From a virus (Duplodnaviria; Caudoviricetes): a stretch of DNA of 64,000 nt. Both the position numbers and the translations under genes were made by a program. The stretch is from IMG/VR virus record IMGVR_UViG_3300046690_000230, positions 2,191-66,190 of that record. One strand, written 5' to 3'. Below the pieces are notes generated by a model, which had not been told where the DNA came from, searched no databases, and saw only the letters and a list, made by a program, of their open reading frames with translations. Of the stretch, positions 1-7,983 are shown piece after piece. Position 1 is the stretch's first letter; every line of letters starts with the position of its first letter.

Positions 1-13
1 CTCTTCTCTCCAC

Positions 14-298
14 TCAGGCACGGCGCAGCCTCCACCGACCGATAGTGCCAGCCTGACGCTCCATCCGCGAAGACCGCTCATAGCCAACAAACTCCCAAGG
101 TCCATTGCGAAACACCGCCCCAGCGGCGTTGCCAAGAGCCTTTGGAGAGATGTAACTGCTTACATCCTCTATGGTTATGGTTTCCTGCTTGGCTCCTAGC
201 AGTTCTGCTACGAACTGAGCAGCCATCAGACTCTCTTTGTGCGCGGCGCTCGCCTTGCGGAGTCCTGATAGGAAAAGCTGTCTAGGTTGGGTGGCCAT
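14..298 (-). CDS. hypothetical phage protein (94 aa), directly downstream of the RAMP-like gene
   Basis: ATG abuts the stop of 299..916; no recognised motif. Confidence 0.7.
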   Translation of the reverse strand: MATQPRQLFLSGLRKASAAHKESLMAAQFVAELLGAKQETITIEDVSSYISPKALGNAAGAVFRNGPWEFVGYERSSRMERQAGTIGRWRLRRA

Positions 299-916
299 CT
301 ACTTCACCTCAAAACTGGTAATTATAAATCTGCCGAAAGTTGGACGAAAATCGCCAAGCCCAATCAATTTACCAGCCGATTGAATGGCATCGTTCAATAA
401 TGCCGGAGAAATGTACTCAGGCAGTAACACCTGCAATCGCACAGAGATTTGCCAGCCAGCTTTCAGCGCCGGCCTGTGACGGGTAATGGCGTTGCGCTGC
501 ACCTGCACCCGCCGCCTGTCGATGTAGTCCCAATCTTTTAGCCCCGTGTCGCAGAGTTCGTCCAGGCAAGTCACGCCCGCTTTGAATAAGTCCATAGCCG
601 ACTTGCGTGGTGAGCGTGGGTCTTGCTTGTACTTGGCTGCATGAATCACCGACATTCGCAGGTATTCCGATGGAATGGCGATGTTATTGTTATCCAGGCG
701 ATAGACATAGGATTCCACGTCATCGGTCTTTTTGGCCTTGCTGCCTTTGGCTGCATTGGCCTTCGCTTCCACGCCGTCAACCGACCAGCGATGAAAGAGA
801 AACGCCGCGATGCCTTGAATTGAAACCTCTGCAATATAAGGCTCAAGAATTGCAAACTGACCATCATTGCTTACTGCATTTAGTTCAGCTACCGCTGCTG
901 ATTTTGCCATGCACAT
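299..916 (-). CDS. solo RAMP-superfamily (Cas7/Csm3-like) RNA-binding protein, putative Vipr-like effector
   Basis: N-terminal strand VSIQGIAAFLFH, IPSEYLRMSVIHAA (cf. RAMP IPGSSLKG.LR), C-terminal Gly-rich loop GKLIGLGDFRPTFGRF; Shine-Dalgarno AAGGAG just upstream. Confidence 0.8.
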   Translation of the reverse strand: MCMAKSAAVAELNAVSNDGQFAILEPYIAEVSIQGIAAFLFHRWSVDGVEAKANAAKGSKAKKTDDVESYVYRLDNNNIAIPSEYLRMSVIHAAKYKQDPRSPRKSAMDLFKAGVTCLDELCDTGLKDWDYIDRRRVQVQRNAITRHRPALKAGWQISVRLQVLLPEYISPALLNDAIQSAGKLIGLGDFRPTFGRFIITSFEVK

Positions 917-930
917 TCTCCTTTTAGATT

Positions 931-1200
931 TAACCTCACCCTACCCAACCTAGCCGTTCCGTGCCGAACCGTACCTTGGCTTGCCGCACCTCATCCAACC
1001 GTTCCTCACCGGACCAGACCCGACCTAACCAGAGCACTCCCGGCCCGTCCGTGCCTTACCTTGCCAAACCGGACCGCTCCGCACCATGCCTAACCTAACC
1101 TTGCCAAACCCGACCTAAACAAACCGAACCTCACCAAACCTTGCCGAACCACGCCCCACCATGCCGCGCCAAGGCTGACCTCACCTGACCGCTCCAAGGC
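931..1200 (-). repeat. pentamer tract A: 54 units, NN-RCC on + (GGY-NN on -)
   Basis: Counted by hand: 42 RCC, 6 TCC, 6 other; all 54 end in C; no indels. Confidence 0.97.
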
Positions 1201-1206
1201 CGCGCC

Positions 1207-1245
1207 TTGTAGGAGTCCGACCAATCTCTGGCCAGACTCCGACAA
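1207..1245 (-). other. stem-loop separating the two pentamer tracts
   Basis: Minus strand UUGU-C-GGAGUCUGGCCA-GAGAU-UGGUCGGACUCC-U-ACAA: 12-bp stem with 2 G-U pairs plus a 4-bp extension. Confidence 0.85.
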
Positions 1246-1250
1246 AACGC

Positions 1251-1545
1251 CTACCTCACCGCACCTGGCCGAACCGCTGCTTACCGCACCAGTGCTTGCC
1301 TAGCCCATCCCGACCACATCCTTCCTTGCCCGACCACAACTTGCCATTCCCGACCTGAACTTGCCTGAACTAACCTCTCCACGCCTCACCAAACCCTGCC
1401 ATGCCGCACCCTTACTCGCCACGCCTCAGACTAGCTAACCGGACCAAAACCCACCGCACCTTGCCTGACCAAACCTGACCGCACCTCGCCCCGACTAGCC
1501 ACACCTAGCCTTGTCCCGCCGTACCTTGGCCAACCTCGCCAAACC
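1251..1545 (-). repeat. pentamer tract B: 59 units, NN-RCC on + (GGY-NN on -)
   Basis: Counted by hand: 42 RCC, 4 TCC, 13 other; 58/59 end in C; same mod-5 register as tract A. Confidence 0.97.
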
Positions 1546-1546
1546 T

Positions 1547-2371
1547 TTATTGAGTGGCTTCCCATGCAGATTGTTTTTCTTCCAACCACTCCCAAAGTGC
1601 CTTTACGTGAAGAAAAGTCTCCATAGTTTGAGCCTCATCATCTGCCTTAACCGCTTCAAATGATGGGTCAGTCAATACTTTAGGAAGCCGCACAATGTAG
1701 CCGCACTCAGGACTTCCATGGCCCATTTCTCTAACAGCGGCTCGGTAGGCTGCATTCTGAAGATGACTTTCTGAGTAAATGGCCTTAGAAGTTTTCCAGT
1801 CGATGACCGACAACCTACCGTTTACTTTGGCCAAAAGATCGAGCGTGCCGGCGTATTTGTACTTGTGCGACCAGATGACCTGTTCACTGGCAATAGGCTC
1901 TAAATCGACGCTCTTGGCCCATTCCTGCCAATGACCGAAGGCCATCCTCACGGCAGGATTTACTAGGCTGACTTCCTGCTTGAAGGGCAGTCCCATGCGC
2001 AGGTTTATCTCATTTTCAATCGCGTGATGGACCGTCGTGCCAATCTCTCCAGCCTTGCTCAGTTCCTTCTGCGAGGCTTTCGTCTCGCCCAGCCTCGTGT
2101 TCAAAGTTAATTTCCAGCTCTCCTGGGGCATCAGTTTCTCCCCATAGGTCGCCACTGCCATGCGGTACGCTTCCTCGATCACCATCTCCCGTTCCACCTT
2201 GGCTGCCCAGTTCACTAGCGCGGGCTTGCCAATACAGGACAAGATCGTGGTAACACTGGGATAAAGCTCGATTCCAACCGTCCCCCCTGGCATCGGCTCG
2301 AAGTTCGCCTTCGGAATCTCGTAGAACCGGCCCCGTCGAGTTTGTCGCCTTGCTTCTGTCGTTATTGGCAT
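1547..2371 (-). CDS. PD-(D/E)XK phage exonuclease (recombination nuclease)
   Basis: YPSVTTIL, GTTVHHAIE, YAGTLDLL...IDWKTS, LQNAAY motifs; start set at MPITTE (SD GAGGAGG). Confidence 0.88.
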   Translation of the reverse strand: MPITTEARRQTRRGRFYEIPKANFEPMPGGTVGIELYPSVTTILSCIGKPALVNWAAKVEREMVIEEAYRMAVATYGEKLMPQESWKLTLNTRLGETKASQKELSKAGEIGTTVHHAIENEINLRMGLPFKQEVSLVNPAVRMAFGHWQEWAKSVDLEPIASEQVIWSHKYKYAGTLDLLAKVNGRLSVIDWKTSKAIYSESHLQNAAYRAAVREMGHGSPECGYIVRLPKVLTDPSFEAVKADDEAQTMETFLHVKALWEWLEEKQSAWEATQ

Positions 2372-2565
2372 ACATTGTTCCTCCTCAAATGTTCCCACCA
2401 ATCCGTTCTTTCTCCACCCTCTTCATTCCATCCGCAAGAGCAGCAAACCCACATCGCCACACTCCACACGCCACCACCATTCATGTTTACTTGTGGTTCG
2501 TGTTTTTCCATTGTTTCTTCTTTGATTTCCATAAAGATTCTTTCAAAATGGCACTTCTTCTTCAT
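2362..2565 (-). CDS. small hypothetical protein (CxxC)
   Basis: Fills the operon gap between SSB and nuclease; start uncertain. Confidence 0.45.
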   Translation of the reverse strand: MKKKCHFERIFMEIKEETMEKHEPQVNMNGGGVWSVAMWVCCSCGWNEEGGERTDWWEHLRRNNVCQ

Positions 2566-3070
2566 CTGGCGGTGCGTCGTACTCTGGTTCCTCTACTTCC
2601 GGTTCAGGCTGCGTCGGCGGCACGTACCCTGCCCTGTGAATCTCCCTCTCGTAATCCTCCGCGAACAACTTCTGCGCCATCTTTGACGAAGGAACCACCG
2701 CCGTTACATTGACCCACACGCTTCCGTCATCTCCCACATTATGCGAAAGGCTTAATTGAGCGTTCGCGCCTAGCAGCTTTTCTATATCGAAGAGTTTCAA
2801 TTCCTGTGATGTGAATGGCTTTCCCCGCCAGCTCTCTAAGTCCTTGCGAAGATTGGCTTTCTTTCCCAGACTTGGCGTGTACCGCTTGTTTACCAGGAAA
2901 CGGCGGCCCCTTTTGTCGGTTTCGGCCAGTTGCCACACTACCTTGACCTTCACTTGCGGCCCCCACTTCTCCGACTCCACCACCCCAAGGTCAACCACAT
3001 CGACACAAACCGCGTCATGGAGTCCTTGCGGCGCTGTCTCGTACTCTTTCTTCTTGGCGTAAATCGGCAT
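2543..3070 (-). CDS. putative single-stranded DNA-binding protein (phage OB-fold type)
   Basis: AVCVDVVDLG, SLGKKANLRKDLESWRGKPFT; acidic C-terminal tail ending DEEEVPF. Confidence 0.7.
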   Translation of the reverse strand: MPIYAKKKEYETAPQGLHDAVCVDVVDLGVVESEKWGPQVKVKVVWQLAETDKRGRRFLVNKRYTPSLGKKANLRKDLESWRGKPFTSQELKLFDIEKLLGANAQLSLSHNVGDDGSVWVNVTAVVPSSKMAQKLFAEDYEREIHRAGYVPPTQPEPEVEEPEYDAPPDEEEVPF

Positions 3071-3279
3071 CAGAGTTTCCCCAGTAAATCAGCCTTTTTC
3101 TCAAAAGGCAGAGCCACAAAGATTTCATCGGCTTCTTTGTTCCACTTCTCAATGATAGAAAAAGCATCCTTCGGCAAGCCATTCGGCACCCAAGTTAGCT
3201 TTTCTTGCATGACCTTGCGCTTCTTCACCCAAGTCGCATGGAAGTTCTCATGCTGGGCTTTTGTCCATTTCTTTCCCAT
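3070..3279 (-). CDS. hypothetical protein
   Basis: Stop/start overlaps with both neighbours. Confidence 0.6.
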   Translation of the reverse strand: MGKKWTKAQHENFHATWVKKRKVMQEKLTWVPNGLPKDAFSIIEKWNKEADEIFVALPFEKKADLLGKL

Positions 3280-3428
3280 TACGGTTTGACCTCGCCTTCG
3301 CGTAGATATTTTTCAATGGCCCTGTTTACCAGCCAAGTCACGGTCTGCCCATTTTTGCTTGCTCTAACCTTCAGAGAAGCCCAAAGAGTAGAGTTGACTT
3401 TTACGCTGGTTGTTGGTGATTTCTTCAT
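3279..3428 (-). CDS. ribbon-helix-helix (Arc/CopG-like) regulator, 49 aa, not in ORF track
   Basis: MKKSPTTSVKVNSTLWASLKVRASKNGQTVTWLVNRAIEKYL; TAATG overlap with the next gene. Confidence 0.7.
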   Translation of the reverse strand: MKKSPTTSVKVNSTLWASLKVRASKNGQTVTWLVNRAIEKYLREGEVKP

Positions 3429-3435
3429 GCGCTAC

Positions 3436-3464
3436 TTTTTACTACGATGGTGGAATGTTGTCAA
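3436..3464 (-). promoter_or_regulatory. sigma70-type promoter of the RHH-SSB-nuclease-array-RAMP operon
   Basis: TTGACA-17 nt-TAAAAA, 7 nt before the ATG at 3428. Confidence 0.6.
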
Positions 3465-3478
3465 GAGAAAAATGAAGT

Positions 3479-3760
3479 TTAGTGAAAAATATATTGGCGA
3501 GTACCTTCGGGTGTAATTACGTATTTACCGTGCTCGTCGCGCATCACAGGACTCTGCCCGTAAATGAAGAATAGGCCACGCCAGCTTCTCATTGTGCTTT
3601 GGTCTAATACATCTCCAGGCTCATATCCTTCGTCACGCAAACGCTCAAGCGTTTTAATCGCTAGCGTTTTAGCTCTTTCTGTCAATGGTGCCTTTATCTT
3701 ATTCCGCATTTCTATCCATCCATCCCATGCATCTTTAGGTATCCAGTCTGGAAGTTCCAT
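3479..3760 (-). CDS. stand-alone C-terminal domain of a phage replication-initiator-like protein
   Basis: LPDWIPKDAWDGWIEMRNKIKAPLT...SWRGLF pattern; SD GAGGAG. Confidence 0.6.
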   Translation of the reverse strand: MELPDWIPKDAWDGWIEMRNKIKAPLTERAKTLAIKTLERLRDEGYEPGDVLDQSTMRSWRGLFFIYGQSPVMRDEHGKYVITPEGTRQYIFH

Positions 3761-4051
3761 ACCCTCTCCTCATACACCCCCGCCATAACGCTCATCTTTC
3801 TTAGAAAGCTGGCTGTCTTTCTTCTTTCAAAGGGGTTGCACCGTGGGGGTATCCGGTGACTCTCAGCCTTTGATAGAAGCCCGTCCCTGACAGTAAGGAA
3901 CTTCGCCGTGCAGCATGAGCACCAGGTTGTAGGCCGACAGCGCCTGGATTTGGAAAGACACACGGCCACACTTCATTCGCGCCACCGCGCCAAGAGTGAA
4001 GCAAATAGACTTGCTTGATAGGAGTTTTTTTGTGAGGAACATCTAATCCCT

Positions 4052-4092
4052 CCTACAAGGGAAGGAAGGGGGAGCTGTGTAGGCAACTCCCC
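4052..4092 (-). promoter_or_regulatory. hairpin/pseudoknot overlapping a Shine-Dalgarno
   Basis: Stem GGGGAGUUG/CAGCUCCCC; loop CCUACA is complementary to downstream UGUAGG, which overlaps AGGAGG before the ATG at 4042. Confidence 0.5.
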
Positions 4093-4496
4093 AATCCAAT
4101 GCTGACCGAAGCTTTTACGCCGCGCCAGCGTGAGTCTAATATCTCTCATAATTCTCTATTCAAAAGCAAGTAAAATCTTAGCCTGTTGCAAGGATGCTCG
4201 ATATTCCACGCTCTTAAGGGGCGGTGAAAGCTAGCCGAATATTCTCTAAGTATGAGTGCATCAAGGGCTTCCCAGTTCCCAGTGAATCAACATAACGGCT
4301 ATCGGTGAAACCCCAAGCACCCATGTAGCAAACTACTTTTTACTTAATTTTTCGGCATTGGCTATTTGTTTCTGGCTGCGCCAGTACTGTTTCGCAATCT
4401 TTCTCTCCACGCGCCACGCTTCAAAGCGCCACCAGTACTTCCAATAGAGCCACTGTCTCCAGCGCGGCCATTTGCACACAGTCCAAAATTCAGCCA

Positions 4497-4682
4497 TCAA
4501 TCCTCCAAGGTTGCCGCACGTACCACATCGTTATGGTTGCTTTGGGCGGTGGCGTCCAAGGCTTCGCTCAGCTCCTCTACTACCATACACAGGACTATTT
4601 GCGGCTCGTTTAGCATGTTTGCGCCATCGAGCATGGCAGCGTACTGGTCGCGCAGCGTCTCGATTCTGTCTCTTAGGTTCAT
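4497..4682 (-). CDS. hypothetical protein
   Basis: Start MNLRDRIE with GGAGG SD. Confidence 0.5.
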   Translation of the reverse strand: MNLRDRIETLRDQYAAMLDGANMLNEPQIVLCMVVEELSEALDATAQSNHNDVVRAATLED

Positions 4683-4767
4683 GGAATCCTCCGTGGATAG
4701 CGCCGCATCAGCCATTCCAGGCCGTCGCAGCATAGAAATATGGCTAGAACCTTTAACAGGGCTTCGC

Positions 4768-5343
4768 TCATGGCTTTTCCTTCTCAGGGGCTTCTGGTTG
4801 CGGTGGCGCTGGCACTGGAACGTCTCGGCAATTTTTCTCAAGCCAGTACTGTCTATCTCCTTCATTTGGGAACCACTCCGGCGTGCGCTCTGCGGCTGGC
4901 TGGCGATGAGTCTTAATCCACTCGTTTAGATGATATTGCGAAGCCGCACAAAGCCCCGTCCACTCGTCACCGTTCATTAGGGCAACGATTTCCTCGACAG
5001 GTTCATACGGACCTCCTGGCGGCGTGCGCTCTGCGGTTTGGTGGGACTGGCTGCCCGCGTGACTGTCACCAGCCCCAATAGCAACGGTTTCAGCTACCGG
5101 GCTTTCCGTCGCTAAGTTCGTGCGCTCTGCGGTTGCTGCGGCCAGTTCACGAAGTTTGCTAGTGATTACGTCTAGCCGCTTTGCCTTGACGTTCTCGCGT
5201 ACGAATACATCCCATTTCGACCATTCGCTCGCTTGCGCCTCACTCCCACGCGGCTGTGGTTGCGCCGGGGCGGAAGCGAGGTCTTTCTTGCTACGCTCAT
5301 CCAATTCTGCATCAGTCAATTTAGATATGTCCTTGTTCCACAT
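4768..5343 (-). CDS. hypothetical early protein with repeated AERT motifs
   Basis: ORF in the leftward cluster. Confidence 0.6.
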   Translation of the reverse strand: MWNKDISKLTDAELDERSKKDLASAPAQPQPRGSEAQASEWSKWDVFVRENVKAKRLDVITSKLRELAAATAERTNLATESPVAETVAIGAGDSHAGSQSHQTAERTPPGGPYEPVEEIVALMNGDEWTGLCAASQYHLNEWIKTHRQPAAERTPEWFPNEGDRQYWLEKNCRDVPVPAPPQPEAPEKEKP

Positions 5344-5842
5344 CTTGCTCTCCTTCTCGGCTCTGCTCAGGCTTGATGGTCTCCAGCGCTGCTCTAATCC
5401 CCCTCAACCTGTCCACCCAGCCCTGGATGGTGTGCTGGGAGAGTGCATTGTCGCTATCTGCAAGCGCTCCCATCCACACATGACAGCGTCCACAGTAAGA
5501 GACTCCATCTACATCGTAAGAATTGTCATCATATTCACCGTGCTCGTAGGCCGTCCCGGTTTTGTGCAGAACTTTTCGGCAATCAACGCCATGTCGGGTA
5601 TATAGCCTCACCGGCGCTCGCTCGTCTCCAGCCTCGGCTAGAATGGAGTCAATCACTGCGATTACGTCAGCGTACAGGTTTGGTGGATGCTTTCCAGCTT
5701 CGTAGCCCATTTTGAATGCCTCAAAAAGTAGTTTGTGTTGCGGTTCAGGAAATGCCACTGCGATTACGTCAGGATCGGCTTTCACGGTTTCCTCTTTTTC
5801 TGCTTGCGAATAGCCTTGTGCAATAATCTCGTAGCAGACCAC
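5321..5842 (-). CDS. hypothetical protein (CGRC)
   Basis: ORF overlapping the next gene in the leftward cluster. Confidence 0.6.
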   Translation of the reverse strand: MVCYEIIAQGYSQAEKEETVKADPDVIAVAFPEPQHKLLFEAFKMGYEAGKHPPNLYADVIAVIDSILAEAGDERAPVRLYTRHGVDCRKVLHKTGTAYEHGEYDDNSYDVDGVSYCGRCHVWMGALADSDNALSQHTIQGWVDRLRGIRAALETIKPEQSREGEQDVEQGHI

Positions 5843-6132
5843 AGCTTTTCGCTAATTACGCTGTGCGGCTCTTTATCCATGCACGCGCCGATAGCAGATT
5901 TAATCCATGCCAGAGCATGTTCTACTGGGTCGCGCTCGCTCATGGGCGATGGCTCCTTTTAGGCAGACACAGGGCAAAGAGATAGAACAGGGCGCAAATG
6001 AGTGCCAGCACGCTCACAGGATGCCCCGCAATCGCGCCAGGAGCCATTTACAGCCACTTTGCAGCCCCAGGGCGATGAAACACACACCCCCGACCGCATA
6101 CGCGAGCAAACCGCACCATATTAGGTTTTCGT

Positions 6133-6345
6133 TCATTGGACTTCTCCTCGTATTTCCTTCACGGCTAGGTCTACGACGCGGTGCCAGGTAGAATGGGGCG
6201 TACGCGCCGCGATGCAGCCGAGGATTACAGATTCGACGCAGTGGCGCTGGTCGTCGCTTAAGCCATGTAAAGCTACATTCAGGTACTCCACATTGCCAAA
6301 ATAGAGGTCTTGCTCGCGCAATACGTCACTAACGGGACTTTTCAT
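6133..6345 (-). CDS. hypothetical protein
   Basis: ATGA overlap with the upstream gene (MKSPVSDV). Confidence 0.55.
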   Translation of the reverse strand: MKSPVSDVLREQDLYFGNVEYLNVALHGLSDDQRHCVESVILGCIAARTPHSTWHRVVDLAVKEIRGEVQ

Positions 6346-6836
6346 GGCAGATACCTTTCTGCGCGGGTAGCTACCGGAGCGAGGCGAAAAAGACCAGCGA
6401 AAACGGACAGAACCAAGCCAAAACAAAGCAGCACTAGTACTGACGATTCTGGTACTGGTACTTGTCCACTTTCTTGCACTATTTCAGAGCCAAAATAGAG
6501 CGCGTTAGGGGTTATGCCGACGGTAGCGCCTGGGTCGATGGCGATGGTGGATTGCGCCCAAGTGAATTGGTCGTAGTCGGCGAATCCAACGTAGGGCGTA
6601 CCGTCGAGAGTGATGGCGCGAACCACGGCCTCAATGGACAGTTCGAGCGATTCAGGTCCGGCGTAGGCGACTTGGGTTTGCGCGAGCAAGAGATTCCCCG
6701 CTAGGTCTTGCGCGACACCAAACCTAAACGGAATGTCCACGAGCGCACGCAGTTCAGACGCGACGGTGTTAATCGAATCGGCTTGAGCGACCGCTGGCAA
6801 CAGAGCGAATGCGAGAATACAGAGTGTACGTTTCAT
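6342..6836 (-). CDS. secreted protein with PEP-CTERM-like sorting signal
   Basis: Signal peptide MKRTLCILAFALLPAVAQA-DSI; C-terminal VPVPESSVLVLLCFGLVL.. followed by Arg residues. Confidence 0.65.
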   Translation of the reverse strand: MKRTLCILAFALLPAVAQADSINTVASELRALVDIPFRFGVAQDLAGNLLLAQTQVAYAGPESLELSIEAVVRAITLDGTPYVGFADYDQFTWAQSTIAIDPGATVGITPNALYFGSEIVQESGQVPVPESSVLVLLCFGLVLSVFAGLFRLAPVATRAERYLP

Positions 6837-7157
6837 TGGGATTTCCTTTCAACTTTAGCGATTACTTCGTATGCGAATTCAAAGTAACCGTCATATTTCG
6901 GGTTAGACATATCGCGTTTACCGATTTCCAGTATTCCTTTGAGCGCTTCTAAAAGTAGTTTTATGTCGGTTTCCGATTGTTCTTGGCTCACAGCGCCCTC
7001 CAGTATGCGAATGCGAGCAATAGGAAGCCCGCCACGGCGCAAACGACGCCGATCACGTCATACACATCGGGCCGGACGCTAGCACGCGGCTGTGCGCCCT
7101 GCAATGCGTTTTGTTGGTCGAGATAGACTTCAGTGAGTGCAATTGCACGTTCTTGTT

Positions 7158-7460
7158 TCATGCTGGTTTCCCTCCTGCCTTGGCAATAGCGGCCTCGGCC
7201 TGTGCAAGTGCCATCTCGCAATCGCGAGGGAGAACGCTGTTTAGGTGTGCGCCATCGGCAATCATTTTGCCAAGCCAAGGGACGGCGCGGCGCAATGCGG
7301 CTAACAGTTCTGGCGCGGCTACAATCAGGCGAGCATCGGCTTCGCCTGCCGGAAAGTCTGTGCAATAGATTTCGGCAATTTTGATTGTGCCATTGCCTAT
7401 CAATTCGCACGGCTCGTGCTCGTGCTCTAACAAATTCCAAGGTGCATTTGTGTGTTTCAT
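7158..7460 (-). CDS. conserved phage hypothetical protein
   Basis: MKHTNAPW...ADARLIVAAPELLAAL...AEAAIAKA pattern; SD AGGAG. Confidence 0.75.
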   Translation of the reverse strand: MKHTNAPWNLLEHEHEPCELIGNGTIKIAEIYCTDFPAGEADARLIVAAPELLAALRRAVPWLGKMIADGAHLNSVLPRDCEMALAQAEAAIAKAGGKPA

Positions 7461-7584
7461 TGGGTTGGTTCTCCTGGTAGATACGCGCACTGCTTTTGCA
7501 ATGCGGAAAGGGTTTTCTGCTGATGCACGCAGACTGCTACGACGACCGCCAGCGCCGCCACTAAGACACCTATAAGGAAGGTTT

Positions 7585-7983
7585 TCACGCGGCACAGCCT
7601 TTCATTAATTCGGAATAATCCACTTGCTCGAACTGCGTTTGCCACTTTTCCGCCCATGCGGTCAATTCTTTGTGGTGTTTCTTGGCGTAGGCTTGCGCGT
7701 ACAGTACTTCGTTGCGAATGTTGAGAATATCGTCAACGGAAAAGCGGTCAGGTTCGCGCCAACCATCTAACAGATGTTTCACGGTGAACAATCTAGCGCC
7801 ATCCTTCGCGCTGAAACCGTCCGCAACGCCATAAATCGAAGTACCTTTGCGATGCCTACGCTCCGCTTCGATATTCATGTCATACAATCTGTCCACGACA
7901 TTAAAGAAACCATCGTATAGATCGTGCCGCGCCAGTTCCCTAAATGCTTCGCGTACTACACTGATTTGCTGTGATTTATTCAT
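7585..7983 (-). CDS. hypothetical protein
   Basis: Start MNKSQQ with SD AAGGCGGTG. Confidence 0.6.
   Translation of the reverse strand: MNKSQQISVVREAFRELARHDLYDGFFNVVDRLYDMNIEAERRHRKGTSIYGVADGFSAKDGARLFTVKHLLDGWREPDRFSVDDILNIRNEVLYAQAYAKKHHKELTAWAEKWQTQFEQVDYSELMKGCAA

Larger units (their letters stand above)
931..1545 (-). ncRNA. putative guide-RNA array (GGY-NN pentamers, two tracts plus central hairpin)
   Basis: No ORF in the track; fills the gap between the nuclease stop (1547) and the RAMP RBS; hairpin G-U pairs indicate a minus-strand RNA. Confidence 0.75.

Noticed and set aside
931-1545. Canonical CRISPR array
   Set aside because: No 23-50 nt direct repeats with spacers; the period is 5 nt
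931-1545. Simple microsatellite, sequencing artefact or repetitive coding region
   Set aside because: Adjacent units are almost never identical, the register has no indels within tracts, a defined hairpin interrupts it, and the ORF track shows no ORF there
1547-2371. CRISPR Cas4 adaptation nuclease
   Set aside because: It lacks the C-terminal three-Cys cluster, there is no cas1/cas2, and its position beside an SSB fits an ordinary phage exonuclease
3790-4042. N-terminal part of a full replication initiator
   Set aside because: Three short overlapping frames, none with an HTH or a frame continuous with 3479..3760; coding status unresolved
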